The notes: generated from the sequence alone by a model not told the origin. Counted from the whole stretch's first letter, positions 1 to 14,535 are shown. The stretch is 63,883 bases of DNA, filler included, from Octopus bimaculoides (GCF_001194135.2; 3 parts of 3 records of this genome joined end to end with filler, not necessarily neighbours in it), one strand, 5' to 3'. Translations and numbers: made by a program.

Positions 1-377
1 ATATATATATATATATATATATAGACGTACTTGTACATATATACTCACATATATATCTATATATATATATTTGTTATAGTGTAAAATAAAATGTTCATTA
101 TATTATATATATTATATATATAGATGTCTATAATTTTTAAATTTAAAAAATATATACATATATGCTTCTATGCATTTATAACTCTTGATATTTAAACAAC
201 TTTGCTAACCACCTGCTATATAAAGCCTCCTTTACTGTACACACACACACATATACATGTATGTATATATATGCATATATATATATATATGTGTATTTGT
301 GTGTGTGTGTGTACTGACATAACATTTTCATACGTCCTTGATGTTTTATCAACTTGGCACCACTTCCATTCTTCAAG

Positions 378-405
378 CATTTCAATGATTTCATTGCCTC
401 TCATG
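378..405 (+). CDS. Gene L (unknown product), candidate 28-nt internal microexon, HFNDFIASH+G (phase 0 to 1); 5' exons lie outside the window
   Basis: Branch-like TACTGAC at about 312-318, then no AG until ttcttcaag| at 377. Strong donor ATG|GTAAGT at 406. Phase-compatible with the exon at 9511. Confidence 0.45.
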
Positions 406-1502
406 GTAAGTTATGGTTTTGCCAACTTAAGGGGATAGAAAAAGAAACATTCAAATGAAATCATGTCCCATCATACCTAGACGTTGTCATATTGATGCCA
501 TTTTTTTTTTCTCTGTAATTTTGCTTTGGAAAACTAAATTTGAAAATCTCAACTAAACAAAACTTAAACAAAGTAGTTGCTTATCACTATTGAAATTGTT
601 GCCCTCTGCAAAATGCATGCAGGTATGCATGCATATATGTATGTATACAAATACACATACATACATACATACATACATATATTATTATTGTTATTATTAT
701 TATTATTGAAGTGAGTGAAACATGTGTAGTGTGTTTCACTCACCTCACAAAAGAGCTTAACTCTAATAAGAACATGTCATATATTCTCTTTTTCAATTTG
801 TGTAATATGGTGGGAATCTTTCTTTTCTTTTATTGTTTTTTAATAAATGATAAAAATTTCATATTTGTCCATGTTTCAGTTTTCTTATATTTTAAGATGC
901 TGCATTCTATACTTGGTTTTAATTTTAAAAGCATCCACTTTATTAGTTCATATAAGATCAATATCAACATTCAATAATATGATTAGATTTTACTGTGAAG
1001 ATTTCAACCAAGAAAAAAAAAAGAACTTTATATGAAGGAAATAACATATTTTGAACAGTTGTTGAGTCGGAAAAGTACAAACTGAGTTTATCTTCAACAT
1101 TGATTTCCCAGTAACACCATGTCTGTGGAGAAGAAATATTTATCATAATGCATGATTAATTCAAAGGTTTATATTCTGTGCTTTAATATTGGCTATCCAA
1201 GAAAAAAATCCTTGAGAAATAGCTATTGACTATCCAAGGAAAAAATCCTTGAGAAATAGTTTCAATGGTTACACCTGTCCCAGAATGACATGGTTACTCT
1301 ATCTCAAGGACTGACATGGCCTCTTCAGTCTGTGCTAATTAAATTAAAACCCATAATGAATTGAAGGAAAATATATATATTCAACTGTAAAGGAATTACC
1401 GAGGAAATGTCTTGGTTAATTGAAAATTGCTGAAATCTTATCTATAGCATATACAAACTTCAGTGGTATATCTGAATTTCTGAAAAGTAGCATGGAGATT
1501 TG

Positions 1503-1813
1503 TGGAGGGGCAATGGCCCAGTGGTTAGGGCAGTGGACTCAAGTCAGAGGATAATGGTTTCGATTCCCAGACCGGGCGTTGTGTGTGTTTATTGACTGAA
1601 AACACCTAAAGCTCCACGAGGCTCTGGCAGGGGGTGGTGACGACCCTTGTTATACTCTTTCGCCCCAAATTTCTCTCACTCTTTCTTCCTGTTTCTTGAG
1701 TAACGCTGTGATGGACTGGCGTCCCGTCGAGCTGGGGGGAACACATATGCCATACAAACTGGGAAACTGGGCCCATGAGCCTGGCTAGGCTTTAAAAGGG
1801 TGCATAAATAAAA
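1503..1813 (+). mobile_element. tRNA-derived SINE, family A, full length
   Basis: A box tggcccagtggttagg, B box gtttcgattcc, A-rich tail. Other copies at 53535-53835 and 60530-60935. Confidence 0.8.
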
Positions 1814-2206
1814 GCATGGAAGTTTAAGAAATCCACAAAATATCAACTTGTAGTAAATATAACAGTAGGAAGATATAAGTAAATACAACGTAATATATTT
1901 TTTCCTTTGTTTATCCAATTTTTGCATTGAAAATTTTGTTATACATTTTTTGTCACTTTTCTTTAAAAAATTTTCTCTCCGAATATTAATTACAAACAAA
2001 TTGTTTTTTTTCCACAAAATAAAAGGAAAATTGTTTTAAAATAAACGTAAAAATAAAAATAAAAAAAGACCAGTCAAAATAAATTTTACTCTAAAAAAAC
2101 AAATTGGAAATTAATTTGTGCTTTTTTTTATATTTGATAACCAGAATATCAAATACTAATATTATACAGTGAGGTGTGATACCCTTGAAGACTTTACATA
2201 CCTCTT

Positions 2207-2432
2207 CTCTTTTAATCATTTCAGTCATTGGACTGTGGCCATGCTGGGGCACCACCTTGAAGAGTTTAATTGAACAAATGAATTCCAGTACTTATTTTTT
2301 TTTTCCTTTGAAGCCTGGTCATTATTCTATCAGTCTCTCTCTGCCAAACCACTAAGTCATGGGTATATAAATAAGCCAATACCAGTTATCAAGCAGTGGT
2401 GGAGGGACAAATACAGCACAAAAACACATATA

Positions 2433-2479
<47 letters not shown>

Positions 2480-2645
2480 GGCTTCTTTCAGTTTCCATCT
2501 GCCAAATTTGCTCACAAAACTTTGGTAACCCAGTGCAGTGCTAGAGTAGATGATACTTGCCCAACATGCCATAGGTACCATGCAGTGGGACTGAACCTGG
2601 AAGTATGTGGTTATGAAGCAACTTCTTACCACACAGCCACCCCTG
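2207..2645 (-). mobile_element. Family C SINE (tggctgtgtggtaagaag head, internal TA/TG microsatellite)
   Basis: Matches copies at 13435-13885 (-), 57118-57455 (+), 27000-27160, 54888-55030, 56365-56560, 60050-60200 and 62505-62640. Confidence 0.75.
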
Positions 2646-3423
2646 AACCAATCATTTATATTTCTAATATCCAGACAGGAAGCATGAACATCACAACATC
2701 ATTTTGTTCTTCATCTAGAATATGTGCAACTTTTGTGCATAGACACATAGAAGCTAATATATTTGATGAAATAGAAAATAAAGAGATTTAAATAATACAA
2801 ACTGATGAGAAATGAGAAAAAAAAAAGTTGGATAATAGAAATCTTGTGATTTATCTATTTTTATATTATTGTATTATCTTTTTTAATGAATAACATTTAT
2901 ATTAATTTACCAATCTGAATCTTACACTACTTTTTATTCTCCAAGAGAAGAATTTAAAGAATTTCGAAATAGTTAACAAATATTCATGTTTTTCTTTACT
3001 TAAATTATTTACTAAAACTTGAAAATTTTAAGCATATTTAAACTATTTCTATTGCAAATTTTCATTTATTTCCTTATTTATTTTTAATCTAAATAATGGA
3101 CAATCAAATTCAATTATTTTGCTCTGTTTTAAATATATTACAGAATAAACCAAAATGAAATATAATGGTATAATTTTTCCATTGTGCTATGGGAAATTCC
3201 TTCACCCTAATAGAATTAAGAAAATATATCTAGGAATTCTTCACTGAATTCCCCAGCTAAATCTGTTGCATTTCTCTCTATGTGTTTGTCAGGAGATAGA
3301 ATAATAGAAATATAAACCAGTTTAGTTTTCAGATCGGATTAACAAAAAAATAAATAATTCAATAATGAAATTGCAGTTGTATTGAATTAAAAATAATATT
3401 TAAGAGAGAGGGTGGAGGAGGAC

Positions 3424-3464
<41 letters not shown>

Positions 3465-3524
3465 ACAAAATAATCTGTTTTGCTTTTATTTTCTACACAC
3501 ACACAGAAGCTACACATACACTCA

Positions 3525-3577
<53 letters not shown>

Positions 3578-3944
3578 GCATATATATGTATGTATGTATA
3601 TATTTGTGTATGTATATGTATGTATATATACTCAGACACAGTTAGGCACATTAATACTCAAGCTTGATATGAAGCTGTATAAGTAGAATTTAGCAATGAA
3701 ATAGAATTCAACAGGCAAAGAAAGGGAGTCAAATAAAGGTTTTAAACACACGCGCACACGCACACGCACACATACACACACACACACTCAAAGGCTTGCA
3801 ATTGCATAAACACGAAGCTGTCAGAGTTACTATTCCTTGAAAATGGAAGGGCATTATCAACCATGGTTGAAGAAAAGAAATCTTGCAGGGACTGACTGCT
3901 AAATCGTTCAAGTCAGCTCCATTGGATGAATTGATTTATATACA

Positions 3945-3984
<40 letters not shown>

Positions 3985-4849
3985 TATATCATGAAAAGCA
4001 TGATGCATAAAAGTAATGTTTTCTTAATGTGCTTAGAAACTTGGAATTTTTATCTCCAAGTACACAATAAAAGCATCTATTCCAATAATGCTAACAATTG
4101 ACAATGGTAAATTGGTAAAGGCCAGAATAATATGTATTCATTTATATATTCTTCATGGCAAACTATGTTATAGAAACATTGCGCCTTTACAGGCAGGTTA
4201 TTTGGTTGATTCATGTAAAATGGACTGGCTAGCTCCATAAATACTCTTTACAGAATTGTAAGAAAGAAAAAAAAAATAAAAGACATGGTTACAATCTTCT
4301 AGAAAAATAATGGAAGACTGAAACAACTCTAAACCATATTAGCATGGTTTTATTGTTTGTGCTGTATTTTTATATCATAGAATAAAATGAGAAATACCTG
4401 CAGTGATTGCACTTATCTTGGAAACGAAAATCTAATTAGAAATTGAGATTTTGGTTGTCGTTTTATTATTCTTCATTGCTGAGGTTATTTCCAGAATTTG
4501 TGTATCCCTGGAGGTCATTTTGCTAGTGAGTTTGATTAATGAGGTGAAAGAGTGGTGAGTCTTGGTTGGTTGTCATGGATACAATCTACGGTACCATTTT
4601 TACTGAGGCAACGGAACGCCTGCCGCTCAATAGTAGAAAGATGCTGGTGATACTGCAGTATGTTGTGAGCTGCCTTGACACCACCCGATACACCCAATGC
4701 AGAATTTGAACTCTAAATATAAAAATCCAAAAACAAACTATAGAGCATATTGCATAATGCTTCAATAATTCTACCAATTCCACAGCTACTTTTGACCCTA
4801 AAAGGACAACTGATAGTCTCGTGACTATTTTTTGAAAATACCAAATACT

Positions 4850-5390
4850 TGGCACCTACAACTCACTAGCTGGTACCTATTACTAATAGCTAGTATTTAT
4901 AGTTGATATCTGGTATTTTTTGCCGAAAGCAAGTATTTATTGCTGATAGCTGGTATAACTGAGAATTGCTATCTTTTGGTGAAAGCTGGTACCTACTGCC
5001 AATAGCTATAAACTGGAGCTGATAACTGGTACTTCTAGCCGATAGCTGGTCCTGCTTGTTGCTGATAGCTGGTTTCTGTTACTTTTTACTGCTTGATGGT
5101 GCCCTTTGCTCCTTGATGGTATGTATTAATCATACTTGGTACTTGTTGCTGGTGCCTATTTTTTGCTTTATGGTATATGTACTACCACTTCCTGGTACCT
5201 GTTGTTGCTAACTGATATCTAATGCTCATAGCTGATTTGTATTGCCAATAGCTGGTACATATCACAGATAGTTAGTTGGTACATATTACTGACAACTGGT
5301 ACCGGCTGTTGGTACCTGAAGCTGAATGCTACGACATGTTAAAGATAGCTGAGTTGGTACCCTATTACTGATAGCTAGATGAAATCAGCT
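4850..5390. repeat. Degenerate minisatellite, unit about 20-22 bp, core gctgatagctggtac
   Basis: Recurrent tagctggtac / ctgatagct motifs over about 540 bp. The frames I translated contain multiple stops. Confidence 0.7.
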
Positions 5391-5724
5391 AAAGTGGAAT
5401 AACAGCCATCTGGAAAAAACATTGAAATGATTGCAGTAAATTTGAGTTGATAACCAATGGATTTGATATTTTATACCAGGCATTGGTAAACTTTTTCAAG
5501 AAGCAGGCCATTAGACATGGTCCATCATCAGGCATGCTGCATTGTTAAAAATATTCAAAGTAATGTTTCATCAAGCATGCCATGCAGAAAGTCCTGCAGG
5601 TTGCGGTCTGTTCATGACTGTCTTATACATTACACCAATTCCATTCAACATTCCTAGAATATTGGTTTTAAACTTTAACACAAAAACCAGCAATTTGAAG
5701 GTAGATGTAAGTCGGTTACATCAA

Positions 5725-6203
5725 CTACAATACTCAATGGGTACTTATTTTATTGACGATGAAAGGGTGAAGCAAAGTTGACCTCAGTGGCATTTGAACT
5801 CAGAACATAAAAGCTGGAAGAAATGATGCTAAACATTTTTTCCGGTGTAGCAGTAATTCTGCCAGCTTGCTGCCTATTAAAGAAGCAACATAACATGAAG
5901 AGTCTTGTTCAAGAAAACAACACGCTGCCCAGTCTAAGAACCAAACCGAAGATCTAGCCATATGCCTTCACAACATTCTTAGAATATCGGTTTAAGATTT
6001 TGGCACAAGGCCAACAATTAAGCGGGGAGGGGCTAAGTCGATAGCATCAACCCCAGAGCTCAACTGGCACTTCTTTTATCAACCTCAAAATGATGAAAGA
6101 CAAAATCGACTCCGGCGGCATTTGAACCCAGAATGTAAAAAGACAGAATGCCACTATGCATTTTGCATGGTGTGCTTAACAATTCTGCCAGCTCACTGCC
6201 TTC
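5725..6203 (-). mobile_element. Two adjacent family B SINEs (tRNA head, ATT tail)
   Basis: Shared motif ctggtactta...gaaaggatgaaaggcaaagtcgacctcggcggaatttgaactcag...ctgccagctc, CpG-decayed. Confidence 0.75.
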
Positions 6204-6497
6204 CAGCACACTTAGAATATTGTCTGATGATTCATGTGGTAAACTATTTTCTGATTTCGATAATTTGCAGTGCTGCATGTTAAAAATGTCTTAGAATGGT
6301 AAATGGAGACAAATTTCATTACTGGAATGGTTTGTCCTCCGTTAGTTACAGAAGAATTTTTTCTGCAAATGTAGCAAAGAGTAAGATCATTATTGAACTT
6401 GACAATATGAATTTACACTATTAAGAATAGAAGAAATACTTGTATGCACGTATTACTGGTATATGTGAGTGCATATGAATATAGACACAAACATGTA

Positions 6498-6538
<41 letters not shown>

Positions 6539-7401
6539 NNNNNNNNNNNNNNNNNNNNNNNNNNNNNNNNNNNNNNNNNNNNNNNNNNNNNNNNNNNNNN
6601 NNNNNNNNNNNNNNNNNNNNNNNNNNNNNNNNNNNNNNNNNNNNNNNNNNNNNNNNNNNNNNNNNNNNNNNNNNNNNNNNNNNNNNNNNNNNNNNNNNNN
6701 NNNNNNNNNNNNNNNNNNNNNNNNNNNNNNNNNNNNNNNNNNNNNNNNNNNNNNNNNNNNNNNNNNNNNNNNNNNNNNNNNNNNNNNNNNNNNNNNNNNN
6801 NNNNNNNNNNNNNNNNNNNNNNNNNNNNNNNNNNNNNNNNNNNNNNNNNNNNNNNNNNNNNNNNNNNNNNNNNNNNNNNNNNNNNNNNNNNNNNNNNNNN
6901 NNNNNNNNNNNNNNNNNNNNNNNNNNNNNNNNNNNNNNNNNNNNNNNNNNNNNNNNNNNNNNNNNNNNNNNNNNNNNNNNNNNNNNNNNNNNNNNNNNNN
7001 NNNNNNNNNNNNNNNNNNNNNNNNNNNNNNNNNNNNNNNNNNNNNNNNNNNNNNNNNNNNNNNNNNNNNNNNNNNNNNNNNNNNNNNNNNNNNNNNNNNN
7101 NNNNNNNNNNNNNNNNNNNNNNNNNNNNNNNNNNNNNNNNNNNNNNNNNNNNNNNNNNNNNNNNNNNNNNNNNNNNNNNNNNNNNNNNNNNNNNNNNNNN
7201 NNNNNNNNNNNNNNNNNNNNNNNNNNNNNNNNNNNNNNNNNNNNNNNNNNNNNNNNNNNNNNNNNNNNNNNNNNNNTAACACATAAATGCATTGTTATAT
7301 AATACACTCATCATGTGTATGCTTCTATAAATGTTGTTTCCAACATTCATTCTTGGAATTATAAGTTTTTTTCTCTCTCTGTTCTTAAATTAAATACTAT
7401 A

Positions 7402-7442
<41 letters not shown>

Positions 7443-8075
7443 TATTATAAGAATTTTTCTTTATCTTCTATATATTACATACAACTTATATATTCTTCTT
7501 GTCTTTGACAAAATCAGCAATGTTTTGGGTTGGGTAAGATGTGGAAGAATTTATTTTTTTTCTCTGGTTATAGAAATTTCTGCTGATTATTGGTTTTGGA
7601 ATTTGGCTTCTTCATATTCTACATCAATTTCATTTCTTTAAGTTTTTCTTCCTTGCTTTAATATTGTATTTTCATTCCACTTTTTTTTTTTTTTACTTTT
7701 CTTGCCCAGCATATCTTTTGATATCATTTATTCATTTATGCCATTTTCTTTTTATTTTGCTAACGTGTTTCATTATGCATATTTTACTTTTGAAAATATT
7801 TCAATGCTTAAAAGTGTTTGTAAGTTAGTTTATATTATTCAGCAATAACTTTTTAGATATGTATCTCTATAAATAAACATTTATTTTATATATATACATA
7901 TACATACATACATATATATATATATTTATATATCTCTCTCTCTCTATGTATATATATATATATTTTTACATACTCACAGATTTGAATGCTATATAAATTT
8001 TATATAACTATATATCATAAAATATACGTAACTTTTATGCTATATAAATATATTATAAACTATGTATAATACACA

Positions 8076-8134
<59 letters not shown>

Positions 8135-9510
8135 TACGTATCAATATTGATAAAATCAAGTTCTTTGTTTGAGAAACATCTCAGTATCAAATATTTAGAA
8201 TAATGTGATTCCTTAGATAGAACACAAGAGCATATATATTGAGAGAGGAGGGGTGTTGAGTTGAGTAAATATCCAACCCCACCCACACTCCTTCAGTACT
8301 TGTCTGGTAGTTATTTCATCAAAACCAGCAAAAAAAAATGAATTGGAAAGTGAAGCCAGCCTCGGCAGGATTTGAACTCAAATTGCAAAGGCCTATAACA
8401 GAGCACCTGAAAGTATTTTGTCTATTAGTCTCCCAAGTCTGGTATACTGAAGGGAATTATACATATTTCCAAAGATAAACATTTTGAATTTAGAAGAGAC
8501 TGGTTAAGGTTGAATGTAACGATCATGTAATTAACAGAAGCAATTATAACTGATTTTGTTTTAAATATAAGAACCAATCCAAAAATATATTAGGAAAGAG
8601 TATAGTTAATTAAATTATTATCAGGTTAATTAAATTAATCACTGGTACGTTTTTTTTTAATATTTCTATAGGATGAAACGCAGAGTTGATCCTGATCCTT
8701 GCATGTTGTCCCACTCCCTTTTTTAAGGTATCGTTACTATTCTGTTTCCTCAAACTGTCTGTCTCCTACTTTCCTACTCACCCTTGGCTTGAACACCCCA
8801 TTTATTCCTACCCACCTTGTACCTTGAAGGGCCACCTTGTACCTTGTAGGGCCACCCTGATACCTCATCACTACTATTTTTCTTGCATTACAACGCCACC
8901 CCTCATTCCTACCCACTCTTCTAACATGTAAGTAGTTTCGTAGCCCCTCTACACCAAAAAACCTATTTCTTAACTTTGCCCCTCGTATTTTACCCCTTTC
9001 TACTCCATATCGCTCAGCATAAAATGGTTTCCCTTGGGGCTCATAGTTTTACAAGGTGCACAGTGCTCTCAGTAGTGCTAGTGACTTGAAAACAGCACCC
9101 AGAAAATGCTGTAAAATGGTTGGCATAAGGAAGGGCACCCAGCTGTAAACAGACAATGACAAAGCAGACATTAGAGCACGATGCAGCCCTTAGGCCCATC
9201 GGTTCTTGTCAAATTGTTCAACCCATGCTAGCACAAAACATGTGACAGATGTGAATGTAATGTTTCTAGTTTTTCTTTTATAGTTTTATCTTCAAAATGT
9301 TCAGGAATTCCCTCTCCACAGCAGTTGTTGACTTATAACAGTTTCAACAGAATTATTATTAAGGACATCAATCTCACCAATCCCACTAAGTTGGCAGAGA
9401 TAATGGGAACTGTCCCCTTTTCCAGACCTGCAGCAAATTTCAATACTCAGCCCCTGCAAAACAGCTGTTGTTTGAAATTGTTGATCTTGAAATTTCTTAA
9501 ACATATTCAG

Positions 9511-9571
9511 AGCAAAACAAACACAAGACTATTAATATTCTCACTGAACAAGACCCAGCAATGGTTAGCAG
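9511..9571 (+). CDS. Gene L candidate exon, EQNKHKTINILTEQDPAMVS+AG (phase 1 to 2)
   Basis: Acceptor tttcttaaacatattcag|, strong donor CAG|GTAAGC, 61 nt, open frame, phases match both neighbours. Confidence 0.55.
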
Positions 9572-9599
9572 GTAAGCATACCTGGAACGAATTAACAGA

Positions 9600-9845
9600 T
9601 GCTAATATCAGTAGTAGTAGTAGTAGTAGTAGTAATAATAATAATAATAATAATACTTTCTACTATAGGCGCAAAGCCTGGATTTTGTGGGGAGGGGGAT
9701 TGTTGATTACATCAATCCCAGTGCATAACTGGTACTTAATTTATCGACCCTGAAAGGATAAAAGGTAAAGTCAGCTTCAGCGAAATTTGAACTCAGACCA
9801 TAAAGACAAATAAAATGCCACCAAATATTTTGCTAGCTTGCTGCC

Positions 9846-9881
<36 letters not shown>

Positions 9882-10090
9882 TCTACTATAGGCACAAGGC
9901 TTGAAATTTGATGGGGTGAGGTGGGGGATAGTCAATTACATCGACCCCTGTGCTCAGCTTGTACTTAATTAATTGACCCTGAAAGGATGAAAGGTGAAGT
10001 TGACCTTGGCAGAATTTGAACTCAGAATGTGAAGACGGTCGAAATACCACTAAGCATTTCACCTAGCATGATTCAGCCAGCTTGCCACCC

Positions 10091-10147
<57 letters not shown>

Positions 10148-10150
10148 TAA
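9600..10150 (-). mobile_element. Head-to-tail pair of family B SINEs separated and flanked by (TAA)n
   Basis: Copies at about 9655-9848 and 9878-10092, each bounded by taataataat runs. Confidence 0.8.
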
Positions 10151-10283
10151 TTTGGTCGCGCACATATGGTTGTGATGCATATGCCTGATGTACCCTTATC
10201 AGACGGGTAGTCATGATGGGTATATTGGGCTTTGTATATTTTACCCCAGTGTCATTTTGATGGCATGCACTGCTCTCTCACTC

Positions 10284-10334
<51 letters not shown>

Positions 10335-13300
10335 CATTTTAGTGGTCTCTCAAATCTGAGAAAGATGGTGTTGAAATTTCTTGCTGGACAACCTGTGCAG
10401 ATGATTTGTTAATGGTGATCGAATGTTTGAAGTGAACATTTATTAACTCACTCTTTCTGTCAAATGAATATTGCCTGACAAGTGTATAGTGAGCCACATA
10501 TAAGATGCTGAAGTGATCACAGAATAACATGAGATAAAGTGCTTTGCTCAAGAACAACATATCACACCAATCGGTCCATGAACTGAACCCACATTCTGAC
10601 TATCATGAGAGCAACATCTTAACCACCAGGTCACATGCCATTACACTAATATCAGTAATGTAGAATGAAGAACTAGTGTTTAAAGATGCAACAAGACAGT
10701 CTAATGACACGAAGCTTACTATATCTAAGAATTATGTTTGACTCCCATTGATTATATGACATTTCATATAAATTCCATGTCTGAGAAACTACCATAAAAC
10801 CAGAATCCATTTGGAATATAACCATTAGTTGCACAAATTTAATTCAATTGTCAATCCAGAATATAAAGGGCATAGATTTTCATCTGTATATTCAAAGGTA
10901 AAATCCAATTCGGCAATATTGCAAAATAAATCTCAATATTGTTTATTTAAATTTCTGAGATGATGGGGAATTATCATTATTACTCATCTATTCTCATTTA
11001 TTACTGATCCAGGATAACATGGAGTACTAATTGTGAATTGATCTGTGATAACACAAGTAGGTGATCAGTCCAAGATTCTGTTTGGACAGCAAAAGCATAC
11101 CTCAATGACCATCCATAATTTTCAGGGCAACTTAAGGTCTTGGAACAAAACAAATTTTTTTCCATATGTCCATATGTTCAACAATTCCTTTATCACTGAT
11201 TCATTTAGCACAGTGGATAATGGTATCAAATACCGATGATAAATGAAGATAGACATACACAAATATATTCGGACTAGTGTCCTTATCTCGGTTGTTATAA
11301 TTCCAAAAGTCAAGTATTCCTGGGGTGGAGAATGGAATGAGAACAACCTACCCTGTGGATTAAATGAGTTTGGATAAAAATTCCAAGGCCAGAAGATACA
11401 ACAGTAGAAATGCTGTGACTATAGAAATGAATATGAGAATACTGGTTTGAATATATATGATAATAAAATAATTGCTTGTGTAATGCTTGGCTTCTGTCTT
11501 CCCCAACTGAGGTAACCATGTTTCTTCCCTACAATAAGCTACTTGTTCCTGTACCTTTATCATAATTTAATCTCTCATCCTCTGACATAATGACACTTTT
11601 CTTAATACTACATCCTGATCAGCCAAGGAATGGTCTCTTGTAAATTATTTGGTGACCTCACTAGAGCTGGTGCTATGAAAAAAGCACCCAGTTCGCTCGT
11701 AAAGTGGTTGGCATCCAATTGTAAAGACATTACCAAAGCAAACATCAGAGCTTGGGGTGTAGTCCACTGGCTCACCAGCTCTTGTCAATCTGTCCAACCC
11801 ATGCCAGCATGGAAAACAGATATTAAATGATGGTAATGATTTACCACATAATTGTCATGACTAACATGTGTTTGAGCAATATTAGACATAACACATCACC
11901 TAGTTTAACACCCACAAACTAGTCTTCAGGTGCTTTAGCAGAGTCCCCTCTGTGACAAACATGAGAGAGGATGTTACCCTTTTTTTTATCCTGTTTTTTG
12001 TAGGTTGAGGAGAGAACTTGATATCTTGAGTTGGATTGCTTCATACAAGTGTACAAAGGTATGAGTTTTATTTTTCTTCCTTCACTTACACTTCACAACT
12101 GTCTTAAAGGTCTCAACAAAGAAACACATGTCATCATAACTTTTCTGACTGAAGCATACAAATTAAGCTTTCATATGACTTCATTTAATAGCAACAAAAC
12201 ACTGAACAGACAGCTGAGTTTATGAGGTGAAAACAATGTTCTATATGAGGGCATGCATAAATCTTCATCAGGTTTCATTATACAGCTATTGTTGTTTGAT
12301 ATGAAAACATGTTTAGAATGTAACTTCATGTGATTATACAAAGAAATATATCAAGTTTGCAGCTGAACCTGGTTATGTAAAAATCCTCACTGTAATAGCA
12401 CATGCAATGTAATCATATCAAATACACACATACACAATATATATATATATATATATATATACACACCAGTGCTTGATAAGCTGTCATATTTGGTATATGA
12501 AATATGCATCAACTGACATCTACACCAACTGAGTTTGATATACAGCCAAACAGAGTTTGGCTGTATATCAAGTCTCGAACATTCAGCTGTGTATGAATAT
12601 TATGTAAATTCAGTCATTTTTGTTGATATATATACACGTAAGCTATATTCTTAATAAAGAACCGACGACTGAATCTCTTAGCAGTCAGTCACTTAACCAG
12701 CTTGAAATAGTAACCAAATACTCTAAAATAACCCTTTAAATACACAAAGGGCAAGGTAGAGTTGCATATAAAATAAGAGATTATCACTGTTTGGATGTCT
12801 TTGATCTAAGGATTTCTTGACTAAGGCTGATATGAAGCAGAACAACAATATATTTTATAGGCATCATTACAACACATAATTCTGAATGTTAAATCCACAG
12901 CATGATTATAGGGTTTTAACAATAAACATTTTATAGGGTGTTAAAAGAGAAAGAGAAAAAAAAATGATAATATATTCTGTTTTATTACATTGTTCTATAA
13001 ACCTAATTCTAATTTAAAAAAACACAAAACATTGACTTTGTATCCTGTTTTGCTTTAATTTGTTCTATTTATCACAGAACGGAAAACCCTTTTTCCATTT
13101 TTATTTATTTATCTATTTAGTTTTTTTAAATGCTTCAATGCTAAGCTATTGTCACAGAACAGCAATCTGGTTACTGAGAGAACTGTTACCTTTCCCTAAT
13201 GATAGCTATTGTTTTCAAACAGTGGATGGTTTCTGAAACGATGTCCAACAAAAAGAGAAGAAAGAAGAAAAGAATAGTATCACAGCTTCTCAATTCATTG

Positions 13301-13384
13301 CAACCACACACGCATGCTCATAAATATATAAACATACAAACATACATATACATCTATATATTTTACACACACACACACACACGA

Positions 13385-13434
<50 letters not shown>

Positions 13435-13438
<4 letters not shown>

Positions 13439-13885
13439 TTTTATTCTTTTACTTGTTTCAGTCATTGACTGTGGCTATGCTGGAACATTACCTTGAAGGA
13501 TTTTAGTCAAACAAATCGACCTCAAGATTTGTTTTTTTTNNNNNNNNNNGGCTATGCTGGAACATTACCTTGAAGGATTTTAGTCAAACAAATCGACCTC
13601 AAGATTTGTTTTTTTTTAATGTCTTGTACTTATTCTATCGGTGTCTTTTGCCAAACTGCTAAGTTACAGGAATGTAAACACACCAACACTGGTTGTCAAG
13701 CAGTGATGGGGGGGATAGACACATACACACATAGATATATACAGATATATGATAGGCTTCAGTTCTCATCCACCAAATCTGCGTACAAGGCTTCGGTCGG
13801 CCCAGGGCTCTAGTAGAAGATACTATATCAGTGCAATTGAACCTGGAACCATGTGGTTGGGAAGCAAACTTCTTACCATACAGCT
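13435..13885 (-). mobile_element. Family C SINE, includes an assembly overlap at 13474-13617
   Basis: cagtcattgactgtggctatgctgg...ctctagtagaagatac...ggaaccatgtggttgggaagcaaacttcttaccatacagc. Confidence 0.75.
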
Positions 13886-14063
13886 ACTCCTGTGCCTATA
13901 TATATATTACATACACACACATACATGTATACATAGATTTTGTAGAACAAATATTCAGTTATGTAAAACTACAACTGATTAATATTCATATCTACTATCC
14001 ATGTGTATGTGTGTGTGTGTGCACAGCCTCATTGTACATGGTCCGTTTGATATACATACATAG

Positions 14064-14101
14064 AACGTATACTGCTACTGCCCAGGAAGTCTATAGTCCA
14101 G
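14064..14101 (+). CDS. Gene L candidate 38-nt exon, RTYTATAQEVYSP+G (phase 2 to 1)
   Basis: Acceptor gatatacatacatag|, donor CAG|GTAATA. Bridges the phase-2 end of 9571 and the phase-1 start of 14440. Confidence 0.55.
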
Positions 14102-14439
14102 GTAATATGAATATCATAATCATGAGTTACTGAAAAATATAATCTACCTGGCCTGTAGCTATCTTTACTTGATTCACAAATCTCTGATTCAAATACATTC
14201 AAATCCAATCTAGTAATATAGCATAGAAGGAAAATAAATGTATGTGTATTTTTTGCTGAATACCATTTAAAGAATTACCGTTCCTAAAGCTAGGTAACAA
14301 TTCTGGCTGTTTAATCATTTGCCAGTACAAAGCATTTTCATGAGTTTGTCCTAAGCATCCATGCTTCAGACTTTTAATTAATCCTTGTTTCGTGTGTTCT
14401 GAATTATATAAGGCTTTCCTAAGTCACAAGTTACCTTAG

Positions 14440-14535
14440 CGGTTGAAGAAAAAGAAATTTGGGAATGTGTATCATATATGATGCAAGGACACCAGGGAGA
14501 TATGTCTTGGGTATCAGATGTGACACACAGGACAG
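14440..14535 (+). CDS. Gene L candidate exon, AVEEKEIWECVSYMMQGHQGDMSWVSDVTHRT+G (phase 1 to 1 via GC donor, or read-through GKELRNLTP* to TAA 14562-14564)
   Basis: Acceptor aagttaccttag|, protein-like open frame, donor ACAG|GCAAAG. The alternative stop is followed by AATAAA at 14578-14583. Confidence 0.55.

Noticed and set aside
1193-1259. 30-bp direct repeat x2 (also 8815-8855, 59501-59550 and 59855-59925)
   Set aside because: Two-copy local slippage duplications, with no spacers or array structure, so not CRISPR-like.
1503-1575. tRNA-like A and B boxes here and in other copies
   Set aside because: They are SINE heads and lack a complete cloverleaf, so not tRNA genes.
3293-3318. Acceptor followed by GDRIIEI, resembling a PDZ motif
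   Set aside because: An immediate TAA and no other PDZ elements.
4390-4722. Minus-strand frame SSNSALGVSGGVKAAHNILQYHQHLSTIERQAFRCLSKNG... after an atatttag acceptor
   Set aside because: No partner exons, no recognisable family, and it is antisense to gene L. It needs RNA evidence.
11243-11511. Protein-like frame MKIDIHKYIRTSVLISVV...CCDYRNEYENTGLNIYDNKIIACV ending at a donor-like site
   Set aside because: Two in-frame stops, a poor acceptor and no recognisable homology.
13474-13617. Exact duplication of about 66 bp either side of a 10-N gap
   Set aside because: Typical unmerged contig overlap at a poly-T run, so an assembly artefact.
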